10,072 nucleotides of DNA, from positions 1 to 10,072 of the forward strand of contig JBEQAF010000076.1 in NCBI GenBank assembly GCA_041640455.1, written 5' to 3'. The translations under genes and the position numbers were made by a program. This DNA is from a bacterium (GTDB taxonomy: Bacteria > CALINM01). Below, piece by piece: positions 6,709 to 10,072 of the stretch. Every line of letters begins with the position of its first letter. Within the stretch, counting starts at the first letter, position 1. Below the pieces are notes generated by a model. It did no database searches. It had not been told where the DNA came from and saw only the letters and a list, made by a program, of their open reading frames with translations.

Positions 6709-8120
6709 CGGCTTTCCTCAAATATTTTAAGCTGTAAGTAAAATATTGCTCCCTTTTCATAATTCTCAAAATAAACTTTACCGCCATAACGATTAACAAG
6801 GCTGTGAACTACTGAGAGTCCCAGCCCAGTACCTTTCCCCACAGGCTTGGTGGTAAAAAAGGGGTCAAATATTTTGTCCTTTATCTCTTCAGGCACTCCA
6901 CCACCTTCATCAGTTACCGACAGGGTATAAAATTTTTCATCCTTCACCGCATCGAGAGTGATTTTTCCGCCTTCTGGACTTACATCCACAGCATTTATGA
7001 GTATATTCAGCAGTACCTGCTTTAGCTCTTCACCTGAAAAAACCACCGCCACCCCTTCAGTTATGTTGTTTATAAGCCTAATCTTCTTGAAATCCTTCTG
7101 TGGATTAAGAAGCCTTATAACATCAGTAATTATATCATAGCTATTGCACACAGAGATACCATCATCTGTTCTGGATCTGGCAAAGTTAAGCAGGTCTTTT
7201 ATTATTCTGTTTATTCTTTCGGTCTCTTTATAAATCAGAGCAAGTATCTCTTTTTCTTCTTCATTTCGAGCATTTTCTTTTAGATAGGATATATAACCCA
7301 TTATGCTTGTAAGTGGATTACCTATCTCATGGGCAAGCCCTGCAGATAGTCTCCCTACTGTTGCCATTTTTTCCGAAAATATTATCTCATTCTGGGCAGA
7401 TTTCAGCGCCTCGTTTGCCCTATAAAGCTCCTGAATGTTATTTTCCAGACGGGTTTTGTAGTTTTTCACCCTTTCCATCATATCGTTAAAATGTTTGAAA
7501 ACCTGATCCCACTCTTTTACGTTAGTATCTTCAATATGTACATCCAGATTCTCCTCAGTAACCAGAGAATAGGCATTTTTTAGATTTTCAAAGGGCAAGA
7601 GTATCCTTTTTCTGTAATAGGCATAGGTAAAACCTGTAAGTGTCAGTAAAGAAAGCATTGCAAAGGGAAGGAACAATAAAAAAAGATTTTTGAGATTATT
7701 TTTTTCTGCATCAAAATCCTTTTTCAGGGCTATAAGATAGGGGACATTTTTAATGTTTATAGTTTTCTTTACAACTATGGATGGGTAAAAAACGCTTTTT
7801 TCAATAGAAACTGTTAGATCCCGTATGCCAATCTCATCTTTGTTTAATATATTTATGCCTGCAAGCTTCTCTTTTTTACCCAGATCATATAAGGCATAGT
7901 TAAGCCCCGAAGGGAGAAAAAGTTTGATATTATCTGCCGACTGAATGTCAGCCCTTTCCAGTTCATAAAATATGCGTTGAATGTTAAAAGATTCTATCTC
8001 AACTCTCTGCTTTTCAACAATCTTAATAGCAGCAATAAAGGATATAGCTATAGAAAAAAAAGTAAGTAAAAAAATACCAAATACTATCTCAGTGCTTATT
8101 TTTCCTGACGATCTCACCAT
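6705..8120 (-). CDS. membrane-bound HAMP sensor histidine kinase (NtrB/PilS-like)
   Basis: Two TM segments flank an extracytoplasmic region of about 110 aa, followed by a HAMP-like linker, H-box [12 protein letters not shown]-box [11 protein letters not shown]1 DEGGG and F/G2 [17 protein letters not shown]. Confidence 0.92.
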   Translation of the reverse strand: MVRSSGKISTEIVFGIFLLTFFSIAISFIAAIKIVEKQRVEIESFNIQRIFYELERADIQSADNIKLFLPSGLNYALYDLGKKEKLAGINILNKDEIGIRDLTVSIEKSVFYPSIVVKKTINIKNVPYLIALKKDFDAEKNNLKNLFLLFLPFAMLSLLTLTGFTYAYYRKRILLPFENLKNAYSLVTEENLDVHIEDTNVKEWDQVFKHFNDMMERVKNYKTRLENNIQELYRANEALKSAQNEIIFSEKMATVGRLSAGLAHEIGNPLTSIMGYISYLKENARNEEEKEILALIYKETERINRIIKDLLNFARSRTDDGISVCNSYDIITDVIRLLNPQKDFKKIRLINNITEGVAVVFSGEELKQVLLNILINAVDVSPEGGKITLDAVKDEKFYTLSVTDEGGGVPEEIKDKIFDPFFTTKPVGKGTGLGLSVVHSLVNRYGGKVYFENYEKGAIFYLQLKIFEESR

Positions 8121-8128
8121 ATTTTTAA

Positions 8129-8137
8129 ATTATAGCA
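8129..8137 (-). promoter_or_regulatory. candidate extended -10 promoter (TGcTATAAT) for the sensor kinase, overlapping the pilD stop codon
   Basis: Minus strand reads TGCTATAAT (8137-8129), then 8 nt to the ATG at 8120. No SD and no good -35. Confidence 0.5.
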
Positions 8138-8888
8138 GATTTAGATACCAGTTTATGATTTTTTCCCCCCAAAAAATGTAAGTAACAGCGCCAAAACAGA
8201 GAAAGGGGCCGAAGGGGATAGCAAACCTGGAGTCTTTCTTTTTAAAAATCATTAGATACAACCCCAACATAGTCCCTGTGAGAGAAGATATCAGAATAAT
8301 AAAAGGTATGGATTTTATCCCAAGAAAGGCTCCAAACATTGCCATAAGCTTTACATCTCCGCCACCAAGCCCTTCGATCTTTTTTATCAGTTCGTAACCC
8401 TTGCCAATAGCGTAAAAAATTCCACCTCCAATTAAAAGAGCTATCAGGGGCTCAATGAAGCCTCTTTTAAATATAAATACCGATATAAGATAACCCAGCA
8501 CAATGCCTGGCAGACTGATAGTGTCTGGGATTATCTGAAAATCAATGTCTATAAATGTGATTACAATCAAAGCACAGATGAAAATAAAATATATAATATT
8601 TTCTGGAAAGTCCCATCTTGAATAAGAGATTAAAGCTGCCAGCCCTGAAAGCGCTTCAACAAATGGATAGCGGAAAGATATGGGCTCATGGCAGAATTTG
8701 CATCTTCCTTTCAATATAAGATAACCAATAATGGGTATATTATAATGGGGCGGAATTTTTTTGCTACATCTGGGGCAAAAGGAAGAAGGAAAAACTATGG
8801 AAATCTGTCTCGGTATCCTGTAGATGCAGACATTTAAAAAACTTCCAACCACTGAGCCGAACAGGAATATGAAAACATACAAACTCAT
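8130..8888 (-). CDS. pilD: type IV prepilin peptidase / N-methyltransferase (A24A family)
   Basis: GSFLNVCIYRIP, two CxxC zinc motifs (CPRC, CKFC), IDIDFQIIPD and GLGGGDVKL catalytic Asp motifs, IPFGPFL and multiple TM helices. Confidence 0.95.
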   Translation of the reverse strand: MSLYVFIFLFGSVVGSFLNVCIYRIPRQISIVFPSSFCPRCSKKIPPHYNIPIIGYLILKGRCKFCHEPISFRYPFVEALSGLAALISYSRWDFPENIIYFIFICALIVITFIDIDFQIIPDTISLPGIVLGYLISVFIFKRGFIEPLIALLIGGGIFYAIGKGYELIKKIEGLGGGDVKLMAMFGAFLGIKSIPFIILISSLTGTMLGLYLMIFKKKDSRFAIPFGPFLCFGAVTYIFWGEKIINWYLNLL

Positions 8889-8894
8889 GTTAAA

Positions 8895-8923
8895 AGTGTA
8901 GCAAAAAAGAAGTTTCTTGGCTA
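8895..8923 (-). promoter_or_regulatory. sigma70-type promoter of pilD (TAGCCA-N17-TACACT with extended TG)
   Basis: TAGCCA (8923-8918), a 17-nt spacer ending in TGc, TACACT (8900-8895), then 6 nt to the ATG at 8888. No SD. Confidence 0.55.
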
Positions 8924-8942
8924 ATTAAATCAGATATTAATG

Positions 8943-8973
8943 AAAAATTAAAAAAGGGGGATCTCTCCCCCTT
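8943..8973 (-). terminator. intrinsic terminator after actP
   Basis: Minus strand reads AAGGGGGA-GAGA-TCCCCCTT (8973-8954; GNRA tetraloop) followed by TTTTAATTTTT, starting 4 nt after the actP stop. Confidence 0.85.
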
Positions 8974-8977
8974 AAAA

Positions 8978-10072
8978 CTATTCAGCACCAATACCCAGAT
9001 AGGTTCTTAATTTTTCATCTTCAAACTTGGCTTCAGCCTCCTTTTCTGGTGCAAGGATTGAAAATAATATGCCAGCAAGAAATGCTACGGGCATGGAAAA
9101 TATGGCTGGATTTTTGAATGGGAATATGGGAGCTGAATTTTTGAATATATCTACCCAGACTGTGGGGCTTAATATGATCAGCACAGTTGCGGTAACCGCA
9201 CCCACAAGCACCGATGCAACGGCACCAGCTGTTGAAAACTTTTTCCAGAGAATGGAAAGCAGTAATGCTGGAAAGTTACCAGAACAGGCAATGGCAAAGG
9301 CAAGTCCCACCATAAATGCCACATTCTGACCTTTAAAAAGTATGCCCAGAAGTATGGCTACTATACCAAATATAACGGTAGCAATTCTTGCAATTTTAAC
9401 CTGTTCAGCCTCATCTGCATGACCATTCTTTATAACATTAACAAAAATATCATGAGCCATAGTCGATGATGCAGCAAGGGTCAGCCCTGCTACAACTGCA
9501 AGAATAGTTGCAAAGGCAACAGCAGCGATAAATCCCATAAACGCCTCTCCGCCAAGCTCACGGGCTAAAAGAAGAGCCGCCATGTTTCCGCCCTTGTCAA
9601 CAGACCTGATAAAATCCTGTCCGCTCATGCCATTTTTGCTAAGAAGCACTGCTGCAGAAAATCCTACTATAGGGATAATAACATAGAAATAGCCTATGAA
9701 TGAGGTAGCATAGATAACTGATTTTCTTGCCTCTTTTGCATCTGGAACAGTAAAGAATCTCATTAAAATATGGGGCAGTCCAAGAAGTCCAAGCATTAAA
9801 GCAAGACCAAGCGAGAAGGCATCCAGAGGATTGGTCACAAGCCCTCCTGGTTCCAGCATGTTTGTGCCATATAATTTCTGAACTTCTCCATATAGATTGC
9901 CTGGATTAAAACCAAAATGAGATAAAGACATAATAGTTAGAATGGTCACTCCACCTAAAAGCAGAATAGCTTTAATAATCTGCACCCAGCTTGTTGCTGT
10001 CATCCCTCCGAAAACTACATAAATCGTCATCAATGTACCAACATTCAAGACAGAAGTCGTCTAGGCTAAACC
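8978..10072 (-). CDS. actP: cation/acetate symporter ActP (SSS family), 3' part; 5' end outside the window; in-frame TAG at 10063-10061
   Basis: YVVFGGMTATSWVQIIKAILLL, GLPHILMRFFTVPDAKEARKSV, GGNMAA, AVAFATILAVVAGLTLA and QNVAFMVGLAFAIACSGNFP are ActP-type motifs. Similarity continues upstream of the ORF-track TTG start, so 10048 is not the true start. Confidence 0.88.

Noticed and set aside
5368..8120. Naming the two-component pair pilS/pilR
   Set aside because: Canonical PilS has several TM helices and little periplasmic domain. This kinase has two TMs plus HAMP, and no pilA is adjacent, so orthology is unproven.
5447..8181. Plus-strand ORFs 5447..5677, 6958..7140 and 7981..8181
   Set aside because: Short Ser/Ile/Phe-rich antisense shadows of the regulator, kinase and pilD genes.
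9027..9329. 100-aa plus-strand ORF
   Set aside because: Antisense shadow of actP.
1..10072. CRISPR arrays, IS/transposases, integrases, tRNA/rRNA, riboswitches, defence genes
   Set aside because: No spaced repeat arrays or such motifs seen. Intergenic gaps are short (at most about 185 bp) and explained by promoters and terminators.

Overview
AT-rich bacterial chromosomal window of mostly housekeeping and metabolic genes, probably from an anaerobe. The pilD + sensor kinase + sigma54 regulator module and the 2-oxoacid:ferredoxin oxidoreductase fit a Desulfobacterota/Nitrospirota-like organism, but this is inference. Left to right: the 5' part of miaB (minus strand, runs off the left edge, missed by the ORF track); an atypical HMG-CoA-lyase-like DRE-TIM metallolyase (-); a divergent promoter region holding a sigma70 promoter (leftward) and a well-formed sigma54 -24/-12 promoter (rightward); a stand-alone class I glutamine amidotransferase (+); a tightly packed minus-strand run of pilD, HAMP sensor kinase, NtrC-family sigma54 activator, and 2-oxoacid:ferredoxin oxidoreductase alpha and beta; and the 3' part of an ActP-like symporter with an in-frame TAG near the right edge. 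I see no mobile element, CRISPR array, RNA gene or defence system. The most notable signals are three SD-less genes each with a -10 box 6-8 nt before the ATG (apparent leaderless mRNAs), a sigma54-driven GATase whose stop codon abuts that of the activator-containing gene run, a lyase lacking the canonical active-site Cys/Asn and carrying a 17-aa loop insertion, and the premature TAG in actP.
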